Origin: Raja brachyura
Lineage: Eukaryota
Direction of reading: 5' to 3'
NCBI GenBank assembly: GCA_963514005.1
Contig: OY740796.1
Location: 43,152,001-43,216,000 of the forward strand
Length of the DNA stretch: 64,000 bases
Shown here: positions 51,183 through 64,000 of the stretch, one piece after another
Layout of the letters: every line of letters starts with the position of its first letter
Numbering within the stretch: position 1 is the first letter of the stretch
Notes under the pieces: model-generated
The model's database searches: none
The model's input: only the letters and a program-made list of their open reading frames with translations
Told to the model about the DNA's origin: nothing
Made by a program: the position numbers and the translations under genes

Positions 51183-52308
51183 TTGGAATACAGGCAGCCC
51201 CTATGTTGCAGCCATTTCCGTTGCAGCCAACGGAAATTTCTCCTTACAGATTTCACAAGTCACTACACCAAAAATGTTGTGATACAGAATAAAATTGACC
51301 TTCAAGGATTTCATGTTTAAACAAATGAGTAAATGACTCAATACAACTTTTATTTTTGCTCAGTCATGTTCCAGGACACATGCAAATAGTATGGCTTAAT
51401 GTTGTGAAAAATCCTAATGTGCATAGTTTTCAAGTTTTATAACTTCCCTGTAAGGTGGGGATCAGCATGTATAATCGTTTAAAAACATAGTTTAGGTTAA
51501 AAAATATTAATTGCTATATATGTGTTCCAAATTAGTACATGGAATGAATTATACATAAACCATAAATGTATTACAATTATAAATTGTAAAATTTGTATAA
51601 TTATTATACAAAAATTGTTTTTTTTTTAATGCAATCTGGGATTAATTCAATTTTTAAATGCCATTTGAAAAGATTTCTGCAGATTAATTGTAAGTTATTT
51701 TGTTGTGTATTGGTCATCTTCTAGGCAAGTTAAAATATATATTGCAAACCTTTTAAACGCCCATTAGTGTCCTTGAACCCATAAGAAGCCGCTTAATTTT
51801 AAGAGTCTCCTTGAAGGCCTGTAAATGGACCAATTAGTGGGAGCCCTTGGTGTTAACTAATTCCACCTGGGGTCAGGGTCAACTTTTCATATGATGTTTA
51901 TAAAACTAGCACATATGGTACATTGGGTCTTTGTATCCACAAAATATATTTGCATTTGTTTGCACGGGTTTGGCTGCATTTTAGCTCCTAGTCCAAAACC
52001 TAGCCCTGCAAGTGATCATTTTTGGAGCGTGAAGGGAATGGCTTTTGGACAATATGTTTGATTATCGGCGAGAGAAAGCTAATTTTTGTGATGAGGTCCT
52101 GCAAGCGTCAGGAGAACATGAATGGAATAGCGCAGATGTTTTTTGATGGAGGCCAGCCAAGTAGCGTGAAAAGGAAACAAGAACAACGCCAACGCATGTT
52201 GGAAACAGTCTGCAACACCTCTGTCACTAGGTGGGTCTGCAGGAGAAACTAAGAATGCAATGGCAAGCAGTTACTGTGATGCTGAAGCTGCAGTCGCTGA
52301 AATGATAT

Positions 52309-52733
52309 CGGCATGGTGCAGCTGGGAGAGCTGCTGCCTCACAGTGCCAGAGACCCAGGTTCTATCCTGATCTCAGATGCTATCTATGTGGAGTTTGCAT
52401 GTTCTCCCTGTGGCTGCTTGGGTTTCCTTCGACATCCACAGAGGGCTGTGGAGGCAAAGTCAGTGGATATTTTTTAAGGCAGAGATGGACAAATTATGAT
52501 CCCAAAAGCATGCAGGTTTGTAGGTTAATCGGCCTCTCTAAATTGTGTTGGGAGTGGATGCAAAAGTGAGATAACATAGAACTACTGTGAAAATAGACAC
52601 AAAGTGCTGGAGTAACTCAGCGGGTCAGGCAGCATCTCCGGAGACTCTTCATCAGACTGTGCGCAGACACAGTAGGACTCAGTGAACTGAGAACTACTGT
52701 GAACGGGTGATCAATGGCCAGTGTGGACTCTGT
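52309..52733 (+). mobile_element. V-SINE with a nested CR1 scrap and a nested Penelope-type insertion (52592-52689)
   Basis: SINE head and V-domain; 14-bp TSD AGAACTACTGTGAA at 52578 and 52690. Confidence 0.75.
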
Positions 52734-52835
52734 TTAATCAATTCAACCTAAGGATGATTAATAAGTGTGCACGCTGTTGTTTTTGATTGTTGTGGTTTTA
52801 CTGGGGAATCTTAACATGTATTTTCTTTTCTGCAG

Positions 52836-52919
52836 CTTGCAAAAGACAAAGAACGCTTGCAAGCTATGATGATACACCTCCATGTGAAATCAACTGAACC
52901 AAAACCAACTCCTCAGCCT
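52836..52919 (+). CDS. FOXP1: FOXP1-like exon, end of leucine zipper ([28 protein letters not shown])
   Basis: TTTTCTGCAG acceptor, CCT|GTAAGT donor, 84 nt, phase 0-0; [18 protein letters not shown] is FOXP1-type (FOXP2 reads LSKERERL..HLHMRPSEPK). Confidence 0.94.
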
Positions 52920-54681
52920 GTAAGTAGTGATCTTGTGGGAGATGGAGATAATTGCGTGAAATGATCACTTTGTTACATACATCCGACTTTGTATCTCTTT
53001 GCCTTTGAAGGGTTTTTATATTCACCTTTTCTTAATGTAAAAGTATTACAATACTTTTAATGTCATCGTTTAATGTATCTTGTCATGAAGACATGGGTAT
53101 CAGAAAATTCACAAGTGTGCCGATTTTGATAACAAAACTTCCAGCCCACTGATGACTGTGCCATTTAAGTTGTGGATTAATATACTTATCAACAAAAAAG
53201 TAAGAAATATTAGAAGTGCTCGAGTGACGGGAGTTTTAATATTAAACGATCTGCACTACAAATTCCATGTTAAATTCCCCTCAACCGCACATAACCTATC
53301 CAATGAAGGACAATATTTTACGTCAGTTCCTGCCTTTCTTCCTGTGTGGTACAGTAGGCATATACGTCACCTGGCACTCAGGATATCAGATTCAGAGTAT
53401 TTGCACATCTTTGCTATAAATGTAAGAGTGCTAAATCCAAGCTGTTGTAGGATAGCAGCCTAAACGGGTAACCCACAAAAAGTGGAGAAACTGGTTTAAA
53501 AACATTTTTCAATTTGAACCACATGTGAAAAAGTTACCTTCGTATTTTTGGAATCTGCCCGCAGAGCTTGCGGCTCATATATTATTGCTGTGTTGACCCC
53601 TTTGAACAGATCTCAAAGGCATAATCCATGGTGGCCATTAAACGACAGGATCAAAGATGAGAGGACAATGGTGGGGAATGGCTGACATGGTACCTTCTGT
53701 GTGTTTGGGCATTTGTCTCACTATTTACTGGACAAAGTCCTCACCCCCGCCATGTGGCGCAAACCACTGTGAGATTTAGACTCATCGAGAGGATAGTTAT
53801 CACAAGAGCAAGTGGCAAAACCAGAGTGATGCTGCAATCTCGGTCAGTGATACACGCAGACTAAAACGGAGCACGTAGAAACGGTTCTGGTGGAGGCTGT
53901 GGGGAAAACATTGATGTTGCGGTGGGGTTTCTTTACTTAATGTCACTTTGACGTGTGTGTAGAATTTGTTTCCCCGTGAGTGAAATATGGGGCCATAGAT
54001 CACATCTTTAACGGCAACGCAGAGGTGGCCACTGTGCATCAGAAAGCATGATTAGATGCGCATTAGATACATTAAGGTGAATCTGTCTTAGAATTGCCGA
54101 GACCAATTTTCCAACGGTCACTAATCAACTTGGAAAAGATCACTAACACCATTTAACCTGCGGGTAATGGCTCTTAAGTGCAAATCTTGCATAAAAACTG
54201 CACAAATGTGTCCAATTTCTAGGCACCGCTCAACCGGTAGAGAGAGTATTTCCATTACTGCATCGTAGAGAAATGTAAATAGCACTCACGGAAAAGGCCG
54301 TTTGACCCTCTTTGTCAGAAGAAGACAACATATTTTTGAAATATTCCTGCAGTAGAAGGGAAAAGAAAATCGTCTTTTATAAATGGGAAAAAAAAGTGAA
54401 AATACAATTTTTAATTTTTTTTTCTAAGATTTTTCTGATGCCTAAAATCAAGGAGCTGTGCTTGGCCATTCCAAAGAATAAGGTAAATAAATAATTTGTA
54501 ACGTTACAGCTAAAATGTAATACATTAGTGCACGTGGAACCACTTGCATATAGATAGTATTATTGACCCCTAAAATGCAGTTAGCAGGATTATGATGGGC
54601 CCTATCTTTGCCTCATTTAACTGCACCTTCTAACACTACTCATGACTCCCATTATCACAGAATCTTCTTCTGTCTTCACAT

Positions 54682-55080
54682 TTAGTTTAGTTTGGAGATA
54701 CAGCATGGAAATAGGTCCTTCAGCCCACCGGGTCCGCACCAACCCTCAATCACTGGGTCTCGACCCGAAACGTCACCCATTCCTTCTATCCAGAGATGCT
54801 GCCTATCCGGCTGAGTTACTCCAGCTTTTTGTGTCTATCTTCGGTTTAAACCAGCAACTGCAGTTCCTGCAGCAACTGCCTTAACTACACAAAGGGCAAT
54901 TTGCAGGGGGCGAGATAACCTACAATCCCCATGCCTTTGGGGTGTGGGGGGAAACCGGAGCACCCGGAGGAACCCACATGGTCACAGGGATAATGTGCGA
55001 ACTTCACGCAGACAGGGCCCGAGATCAGGATCAGACCCAGGGCTCCTGGTGCAGCGAGGCAGCAGCTCTACCTGTGCCGC
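54682..55080 (-). mobile_element. V-SINE with nested Penelope-type arm (about 54755-54870, +)
   Basis: SINE tail and head separated by GGGTCTCGACCCGAAACGTCACCCATTCC... Confidence 0.75.
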
Positions 55081-55769
55081 CCAGAATGAGAATTAATTCG
55101 GTCACATTTGGGCTGGGGTCCTTATTGTCATGGTCATGATGCAAAGTAGAATGGTCCACATATGACAATAAGCTTAGGCAATGGATGTTGAGACAGTGAC
55201 CTTCTGATATTTTTAAACCAGATCAAGTAGATATCAATAATTTAAAAAAAATTAAAAACTAATGGAATTACTAAATGTATTAAAATTAAAAAAATAAAGA
55301 CTGAAGCATCTACTTTATCTTACCTTTCCTACCAAGTTCTGCAATCCCATTCAAATTCTGTCCTCATTTGAAATATTCAAGATCCTTAATGTGTTTGACA
55401 GAGTAGATGCTGAGCTGATGTTTTCTAGGGTTGGGGCATCTAGAACCAGAGATCACAGTCTCAAAGCAAGGGGGCAGTATCCAGGAAGCTGAGGAGATTT
55501 TTTTTTCTCTCTCTGTGAGAGAAAGCAGTCAATCTGTGGAGATGACTTCCAGGGGGGTGAGGGCTGCAGAAGCCAAGGCATTGAGCACATGCAAGTCAGA
55601 GGTCCATAGAGTTCTAGCTATTATAGAAATCATCGTTTGTAAGGTTTGTGCAAAGAAATTGGCACTGGGCAGAAGATCAGCCGCAATCTTATTGAAGCAG
55701 ATGTGAAGAGCCAAATAACCTCAATTTGCTTCCCTTTCTTATTTTTAGCTGTTTTGTTTTGGGATACAT

Positions 55770-56045
55770 TGTAGAAACAGCCGCTTGGGCCTACAAAATG
55801 CACACCGACCCGCGATCCCCAAACACTAGCACCATCCTACACACCAGGGACAACTTACAATCTTTACTGAAGCCAATTAACCTACAAACCCACACGTCTT
55901 TGGAGTGTGGGAGGAAACCGGAGCACCCGGAGAATACCCACACAGGTCACGGGGAGAACTCTGTACAGACAGCACCCGTAGTCAGGATCGAATCCGGATG
56001 TCTGGCGCTGTAAAGCAGCAAATCTACTGCTGCGCCACCATGCTG
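55770..56045 (-). mobile_element. HE1-like V-SINE
   Basis: Reverse-complement consensus. Confidence 0.83.
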
Positions 56046-56245
56046 CTCTTTACCTATGGGTAGGATTGACTGGGTAACATAGAAAATAGGTGCAGGAGGA
56101 GGCCATTCGGCCCTTCGATTAGGGTGTTGTCAGGTTGACTGGCCAGACACAAAGTGTATCCAGCCCTTCAGCTCCGCTACTAGATTTTGAGCTGGCATCT
56201 GACCTTAAGTAGATTGCAGAGGTCAGGAGGTCATACTATTATGTG

Positions 56246-56599
56246 TATGGGTGGAAATCTTGGGGAGGATGTGGGGGGGGGGGGACTGTTCCCTCCCCCC
56301 CCCCCCCCCGCATGTTTTGATAGGTGGGGGACAATCCCCCCCCCGTGTTTTGTGACCTTGGCACTACAGCCAGTCCCAGGTCGGCCTGCCTGCCCCGGGA
56401 CTGGCTGTAGCCCAGGTTGCCTGCATGCCCCGGAACTGGTTGCAGTTCCCAGGTCGCGAAAACGAATTGAAAAAAAACGCCTGCGGGCTGGATGATTTCA
56501 GGTAGGCTGTAGGTTGCCGACCCCTGTCGTAGATGTCAGGCCTCATTGTGTTCCCCCCCCCCCCCCCCCCCAATGTTTTAAAAGCGATTTCCGCCCATG
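56246..56599. mobile_element. hAT-type MITE with long G and C runs
   Basis: TIRs TATGGGTGGAAATC / GATTTCCGCCCATG; degenerate 8-bp flanks ATTATGTG / GTTAGGTG. Confidence 0.65.
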
Positions 56600-57719
56600 G
56601 TTAGGTGGCACTTCCATCTGAAATTACCTGGTGAAGAGGGGTAGGAACTGGGCCGGTGCAAAGGAGTGAATCACTTTGGGGCTTGGAGCGGAAGGAAAAG
56701 CAAAAGGCAGCAAGACAGAATGGGGATTTACTGTGGAGTTCAATAAACTTCTCATAGTGTTCATGCGAAAGGTCATTCCACTTAATGTTAACAGGTGGCA
56801 GATTACATCATGATCATTATTCTGCTACACTCCTGTAATTCTGTAAATGAACGAATCAATTATGGTGGAAAGATCACCTTATTTCTTGCTTGAAACACGT
56901 ATTATGCAGTCTCTGAAGGTATCCAGCCAGCAGCAGTATCATTCAACATCAATATATGAGAATTAATTGAGCATGACTGGGCCTTTAGTTGCCACTTGCA
57001 ACTTCAGTCAATATGTGTTGATGCTGGATAATGACAAGGTAGTGGCTCATAGTAGGACAGAGTGAAAGATGCACACTGTGTCTCGGTAATAGTCATAATT
57101 AGGGAAAATATTTTTTGTATAATCTATGCCAACAATCATTGATTTAATAATAACGTTAAATATTGCAGTAAAAGATGTAATCCATTAAATTTGATTCCGA
57201 GTGTAAATATGATGCCTCGAAGGGAATATTTCATTATTAATCTTACAAGTGTTGATAAATAGTCAGAGTTAAATTAATGAATAATGAAGGTTTTTACATT
57301 TAATTTCTTTAATTGTTTTATAATCCATCTAGTTTATTAAAATGATATGTTTGAACATTAAGGAGAAACATAAAATTACTTCAAAATAAAACATTCAGAT
57401 AGGCAATGCTACAAGTAACATGAGCCATGTGCTGAAATTATAGAACCAACCTATAACATTGCTTGTTATGCCTATCCTTTGTCATTCTTTGCTACGACAA
57501 TACAGTTTAGGTTTATCCCACACTGTTTCAGGGAATTTGTAGGTTAAGTTTTCTTATGATTAAATAAGTTATTGAATGCAATTTTAAGGAAAGTTGCAGA
57601 AATGTAATGCCTTTCCTCATGTGAGAATAATTCATTGTTACTTTCTTTTACAAGTCTTTCAGTAACCCTTTCCATTTTTCTTTGTATCTTGATGTGTTTG
57701 TTAGTGAGCTTTACTTTGA

Positions 57720-58150
57720 GTTTTACAAGGTTAATTCCCGGGATGGCGGGACTGTCATATGCTGAGAGAATGAAGCAGCTGGGCTTGTACACTCTGGAGT
57801 TTAAAAAGAGAGAGGGGATCTTATTGAAACATATGAGATTATTAAGGGTTTGGACACACTAGAGGCAGGAAAAATGTTCCCGATGTTGGGGACTCCAGAA
57901 CAAGCGGCAACAGTTTAAGAATAAGGGGTTGGCCATTTAGAACGGAGATGAGGAAACACTTTTTCTCACAGAGAGTTGTGAGTCTGTGGAATTCTCTGCC
58001 TCAGAGGGCGGTGGAGGCAGGTTCTCTCGATGCTTTCAAGAGAGAGCTAGATAGGCTCTTAAAGATAGCGGAGTTAGGGGATAAGGCAGGAATGGGGTAA
58101 CTGATTGGGGATGATCAGCCATGATCACACTGAATGGCGGTGCTGGCTCT
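57720..58150 (+). mobile_element. CR1/HER1 3' fragment, same subfamily as 40441-41188
   Basis: FTRLIPGMAGLSYAERM; closely colinear with 40715-41150. Confidence 0.9.
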
Positions 58151-59039
58151 TTCCATTATCCTAACCAAATACAGCTTGGAATCTCCTGTAATATTTAATA
58201 GCATTTATGTTACATTTAACTATATGAGAAAAGAATATTAAATGCAATCTCCAGCAAAATCTTAAATGTAACCATTTATTTATTTCATATATCTCCATTA
58301 AAGAAATAGGTTTTTAAATTATAACACATTATTAATTCTTCAAAATATCCCAAATTACTTTTGGCTTGTAGTTTAGTTATGTTAACAGATCTCTGAGTGT
58401 GAACTTGGAGAGTTTGTGGCTTGGATCTCGAAATTCTGCTGTGGCGCAAAGGGGTTCTTTCAGATTAAAGTTGTCATTCTCAGAGCAGCAAACTTAATAA
58501 AGATTGTTCACTATGTTGTGACCTGACGGATAGGTCATCCAAATTGTAAATGCTTCTGCAAGAAGGGCTTTTATCTACCGTCATTAGAAGTGCTTTATTT
58601 GTAAAGACTGTCGATATAAAATAATGCCGTCTAACCGATAGGGACAAAATCGCACTCTGAAATTCTGAGAATGACGATGCCTGTTCGTTGTCCATGATGT
58701 AAATCAAGTATGACCAAACTGCTTATCTGCACTTTATCGACATTATTGACTTGCCTATTACATATTTTGGTGGTAATCTGTAGATGCAGAGACTATGAAC
58801 CGAACAAGAGTGTTGGGTCACCATTATAGATAAGAGGTCCAGGGGATATCTGATCAGTATTTTGTGTTAGACATCTGCCTCTAGCTGAACATGCAGAGGG
58901 CCACAGATTCGCACACTGTCATTTAACATGGTTTGGTCCATTAACTCGCCAAAGTCTAGCTTCTTTCACCAGAGGTAGGTTTTTCAAGCATGTAATGAGA
59001 CATAATCCCCTTTGCCGTGATTATGACCAGAACCATCTG

Positions 59040-59302
59040 TGCAGCATGGTGGCGTGGCGGTAGAGTTGCTACCTTACGGTGCCAGGGACCCGGGTTCGAT
59101 CCCGACTACGGGTGCTTGTTTGTACAGAGTTTGTACATTTTCCCCGTGACCTTGCGTGGGTTTTCTCAGAGATTGTTGGTTTCCTCCCACACTCAAAAGG
59201 CGTACAGGTTAATTGGCTGGTTGGTATAAATGTAAATTGTCCCTAGTGTGGCTGGTTGGTGCGCACTTGGTGGGCCGAAGGGCCTGTTTCTCTAAACTAA
59301 AC
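59040..59302 (+). mobile_element. HE1-like V-SINE
   Basis: GGTTCGATCC B-box, V-domain, TAAAC tail. Confidence 0.83.
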
Positions 59303-59341
59303 AATCAAAGAATCTTAAAGTGCAATTGCAGTTTGTCGTTT

Positions 59342-59535
59342 TCATAGAAACATAGAAAATAGGTGCAGGAGGAGGCCATTAAATAGGTGCAGGAGGAGGC
59401 CATTTGGCCCTTCGAGCCAGCACCACCATTCATTGTGATCATGGCTGAACATCCACAATCAGTAACCCGTGCCTGCCTTCTCCTCATATCCCTTGATTCC
59501 GCTAGCCCCTCGAGCTCTATCTAGCTCTCTTTTAA
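59342..59535 (-). mobile_element. CR1/HER1 3' tail with internal ~24-bp duplication
   Basis: AAATAGGTGCAGGAGGAGGCCATT occurs twice. Confidence 0.82.
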
Positions 59536-60614
59536 ATTCGAATTTGAAGTGGAAGTCGGACTTAGATGTGAGCATAATAAATAGGAGCAGTAGACCACAA
59601 TGCCCTTTGGGAAGATGATGTGAGTGTAATTATGGATGAAGTCAGTAGGTATCAGTTGATAATCCAGATATCATTTTTAAACTGCAATTTTTTTGCTTTG
59701 AATGAGATTAAAATCACAGCAATTGGGAAGTGCCAAGGCATTTAAAGTAAACAGCTATCCCCTTTTAACAAATTATTAAACAAAGGATCTCTGTCCTTCC
59801 TCCTGTAAATGTATCACTATTTTGATGTGGGGGAGGCTAAAATGCTTGGTAGGTCAATAAATCAGGATTTGTATTTTGCACGTAGAATTGTTTTAAAGAA
59901 TGTGAAAAAATGTGTTTTCTCAAGAATGGATGTTTGAAGAATGGAATGTTTTCTCACATTGGAATATAACCTAAACATTACTTCCCAAATGGCAAATAGA
60001 CATCATGTTTCACTAAAATTTACCAATTGCCTTGTTGTACTAGATTTTGAATACCAATGTCGGTGTGTAATGTAGATTTTAAGTAAGATCATTTACCAGA
60101 GTACTGAGTGTAATTGCCCTGTATAATTTTCAGACGTGTATATTTACGTTTTCCCTGTAAGATGTAATGCACCTTTTTTAATCTTGAGCATTAGTAAAGG
60201 AAAGTTGGATTTTTCTTGATTTTAATTATAAGCTCCCACACCTACAATTCCCATTCAGTGACGTGCTTTTTCTATTCAGAAACATTTTTATATTGCCATT
60301 TTCACTGGGGATTTGTTTTAATTGTGGGGGGAGGAGAGTGGTTTGATCAACACGAGCTGGTTTGCTAAATGGGCATGTTTGAGGGAGCACAGTACAAAGC
60401 TCTGTTTCTAAGTAGAAAGCAACGGAAATTATAAGTAGAACAAATAAACGATTTTAGCTGGGAGAACACCAGTAAAGTGAAATATGCGGAATTTAGGGTA
60501 GCTACTCAACTAACCCAACTGGTGGCTGCTATGGTCATAGTAGGTGGTCCTATCATAATCACTTTTGCACATTTAATATTGTTTTATGCTGTACTAATTT
60601 TTAATAATTTATTT

Positions 60615-60900
60615 TAGTTTAGTTTAGAGCTACAGCGCAGAAACAGGCTATTTGGCTCACCAAGCCCACAGCGACCAGCGATCCCCGCACATTAACACTG
60701 GGGACAATTTAGGTTCATACCAAAGCTAATTAACCTACAAACTGGATAACTATGGAGGGTGGGAGGAAACTGACGAATTCAGAGAAAACCCACACAGGTC
60801 ATGGGGAGTACGCCCAATCTCCATACAGACAACACCCATAGTCAGGGTTGAACCCGGGTCTCTGGCGCTGTAAGACAGCAACTCTACCGCTGTGCCACCG
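60615..60900 (-). mobile_element. HE1-like V-SINE
   Basis: Reverse-complement consensus. Confidence 0.83.
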
Positions 60901-61329
60901 CATCCAGTTGAAACAGAACAAGTTAATTGTGGCGCTGAGATTTGAATACCCAGGGTAAAATATCAGGAGCCCTCATGTGATATTTCAAACTGCCAATTCT
61001 GTACATTGTCAAAAAGATATAAGGGGGAGAAATTAAAATAATTTCATTAATGAGTTACGCTTTTTGACAACTGAATCCACATTTACTGCATCTCAATGTG
61101 CGATTATATTTAAATTGCAGACCATTTGGAATTAACTGGGTTTGATATGAATGAACTTTGCATAAATGATTAAAGACTTTGAAAATATATTTCACTTGAA
61201 CTGGCCTCTATTAACTCCAGCCGGAAAATCGAGTTTTGAGAGTAGTTTCTTCACCTGGATTGCAACTGCTTCACCATAAGCAACCAAAATGATTGGATGT
61301 GGTGTGGAAAATATACGAGGGTTCAGGTT

Positions 61330-61800
61330 GGAGGCTTGGATAGTGGACGTGGAGATGATGCTTTGACCAGAGGTCAATAGACAATAGGTGCAGGAGTAGG
61401 CCATTCGGCCCTTCAAGCCAGCACTGCCATTCAATGTGATCATGGCTGATCATCCCCAATCAGTACCCCGTTCCTGCCTTCTCCCCATAACCCCTGACTC
61501 CGCTATCTTTAACGTCATAACCTCAGAAATAAAGGATGTTCTTTTAGGAAGGAGATGAGGAGGAATTTCTTTAGTCAGAGGATGGTGAATCTGTGGAATT
61601 CATCGTCTCAGAGGGCTGTTGAGGCCAAGTCAATGGATATTTTCTAACGCAGAGATAGACAGATTCGTGATTAGTACGGATGTCAGGGATTATGGGGAGA
61701 AGGGGGTTGAGAGGGAGAGATAGATCAGCAATGATTTAATGGTGCAGTAGACTTGATGGGTCAAATTGTATAATTCCGCCCCAATCACATGGACTTGTGT
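61330..61800 (+). mobile_element. CR1 fragment with nested opposite-strand CR1 tail (61376-61512)
   Basis: ACCAGAGGTCA|insert|GTCATAACCTCAGAAATAAAGG. Confidence 0.78.
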
Positions 61801-63394
61801 CCCCATAATTTCCCCAACCCCTTTCCATGAAAAAAAAGACCTGTTACATTTTCTACTGGGTTGGCTGGGAGATATTGTTAGCTCATCCAATCAAGCGAAG
61901 CAAATTTGAGTAACAGACAGTTTCAAGGTTGAGAACTGTGAGCTCTGCTTAGGAATAGTGCAGCCTCTTGAGTGACAGCTTTTCAATGGCATTTGACATG
62001 AGCGTTGGAAAAAGTAGTTTCAGTAGAAGTAATGGAGAGCAAGTCATACACCACTGGAAATAAAGCAAATGCACGCAGTATAATGTTGCACAGCTTAGAT
62101 TGTATTCAAAGAATGGATTTTTATGTCGAGCAACAACAGCCACTCAACCTAGCTTTTCTCTTGTCAAAAGCACGGTTTTGTACTCACATGTATGAAAGTG
62201 ATTTATTGTTCAATATATTCATTCTTGGGTGTCCCCCCCCCTCCAACCCCCCTTTTAATTAAGCATTATGTTTAAAATCACAAGTACCTCAACATCATAT
62301 CAAAAATATGCCGGGATTTCAAAGCTGTTTTGCATCGAAAGTCTGTAATGTCTTTCTAAGTCGTGGTCCAGATCACTTTCTAACATAAGTGGAGCATTAA
62401 TATTGTAATCTTTTGTCTCATGAAACTTGAAATTTATGTGCTGATTTCAGCTGGCGTGCTGAGAAAAAATGGAAGTACCAATAGTTAACCTGCATTTCAC
62501 AATCAGTGAATGCGAGCTTGCATGCTTGGTAACTTAGTAATTATTTTCCGATGACAAACAGAATAACCCATGCAATTGCTAAATATTAATATTGTCTTAT
62601 TACCGAGGAGAAGAGGGCTCTGATAATTAATCATTGTGCTGGGTAACAGATGTCAGAATGTGAGCGTACTGTTTATTAGTAGAATTATGCATCATTAATT
62701 GCTATCTTTTAAGCAAGCTGAGAATACCAATTTTTGTTGTTAAGAGATTCCAGTTTGCAAATTACTGCTTTATTTAATCTGGCACTTTAAAGACAAACCA
62801 AAATTAACATTGCACATTGTAAGGTGTTGCCATTAGATGTGGTGCTGCTGTTATTTGTTTCTCATTTCAAAGGTATTCCTGATGGGTAAAAAAAAAAATG
62901 CTTGTTTGTGATTTATGATCAGTTATAAACCTGTTCAACGGACTCTAGAAAATGATCAAGCTAAAAATAAGGCTGGTGGAAAAGTTGCAGCTGAAGGAGG
63001 CGATGTGCAGTGTTTTAACATAAAGGCTAATTCATTTCTAGATAAGTTTGCTGAATATTTTCGAAATGATTTCAGTGTGGTGTACCTGAGTCTTGATGAA
63101 ATGTGTATTTATGATGGAAAGTGCTATCAAGGCAATACCCAAACTGCACAGCTTTCAACAGAAGTGAACCCAAGAAACACCCAAAGTGAACGGATTATGT
63201 TTTAGCTTTAGAAAAAAATTATTGCATTTTAAAAATTAGGAAGGAAATTTCAACATATAAAACGTATTACTGTCAGACTGATCAACAACAAAATATGCTA
63301 CAAATTGATCTGGACATGGCACATTGTGGTGACAAATATGTTGCACCGTACATCTTAAAACTAAACTTTGACGACAGATCGCAATGTCCTTTTT

Positions 63395-63542
63395 CAGTTT
63401 CGAGATGCAGCGCGGAAACGTGCCATTCGGCCCACTGGGTCCACGCCGACCAGCGATCCCTGCACATTAACACTATCCCACTAGGGACAATTGTTTTTTA
63501 CATTTACAAAGCCAATTAACCTACAAATCTGTACGTCTTTGT
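63395..63542 (-). mobile_element. V-SINE 3' half
   Basis: GACCAGCGATCCCTGCAC..GCCAATTAACCTACAAA. Confidence 0.78.
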
Positions 63543-64000
63543 ATTTCCTAACGCAATATACAATCCTAACCAGGGATGAATATATACAGTATATAACATT
63601 TTTAAAAAGGTATTTTTTCTCTGTCAGTTTTCAAAGTAGCAAGAGGATTTTTCGGTTGCCTCAATGGACCTGGATCAAAATTTTGACATTTAACCAGAAA
63701 CTATTTTTGAAAGATTGGATCGTGTTTTTAGATATTCAGTTTCCAGCATTTTGGACATCTGAGGTTCTGGTTGGGTGAGGGAAGGTTTTAGTGCATTCAC
63801 ATGTTTCCAGCAGCTTTTTACATGACGCATATTAAAATATTCTAAGAACAAATCAATGAACTTAACATCATATCGTATTAGCATGTATTACATACACTTT
63901 GCTGGGGAATGCATCTATGGTGCAATCATCACAGCCTTTGCTAGTTAAATATGCATTGGATTTTTTTTAAAGGCGTGTTATACAGATTATTTGTGTTTGT

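Noticed and set aside
52920-64000. Next FOXP1 exon (LNLVSSVTLSK-like) and forkhead exons
   Set aside because: No matching peptide with splice sites was found by eye; they probably lie beyond the window.

Overview
Eukaryotic, intron-dominated window. The repeat content (HE1-type V-SINEs, HER1/CR1 LINE tails) points to a cartilaginous fish, most likely a skate or ray; this is inferred. Six + strand coding exons of a FOXP-family gene, best matching FOXP1, splice in frame through GT-AG sites: 2926-3015, 27248-27404, 29388-29583, 42680-42784, 48783-48870 and 52836-52919. They encode the Q-rich region, C2H2 zinc finger and leucine zipper; the start codon and forkhead domain lie outside the window. 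The introns carry about 16 V-SINEs, many CR1 fragments, Rex1/Babar fragments, two Harbinger MITEs, two hAT elements, RTE-like bipartite retroposons and an old foldback. The main findings are two families of small retroelements built around self-cleaving ribozyme motifs. One is about 18 short, often palindromic Penelope-derived elements with a minimal type I hammerhead core, several with 13-17 bp target-site duplications (TSDs) and one intact sense-strand core at 13099-13138. The other is a ~130-nt (GAA)n-tailed element with an HDV-like core whose loop and junction nucleotides match the CPEB3 ribozyme. Repeat boundaries were read by eye and are approximate. Almost all ORFs in the supplied track are spurious.
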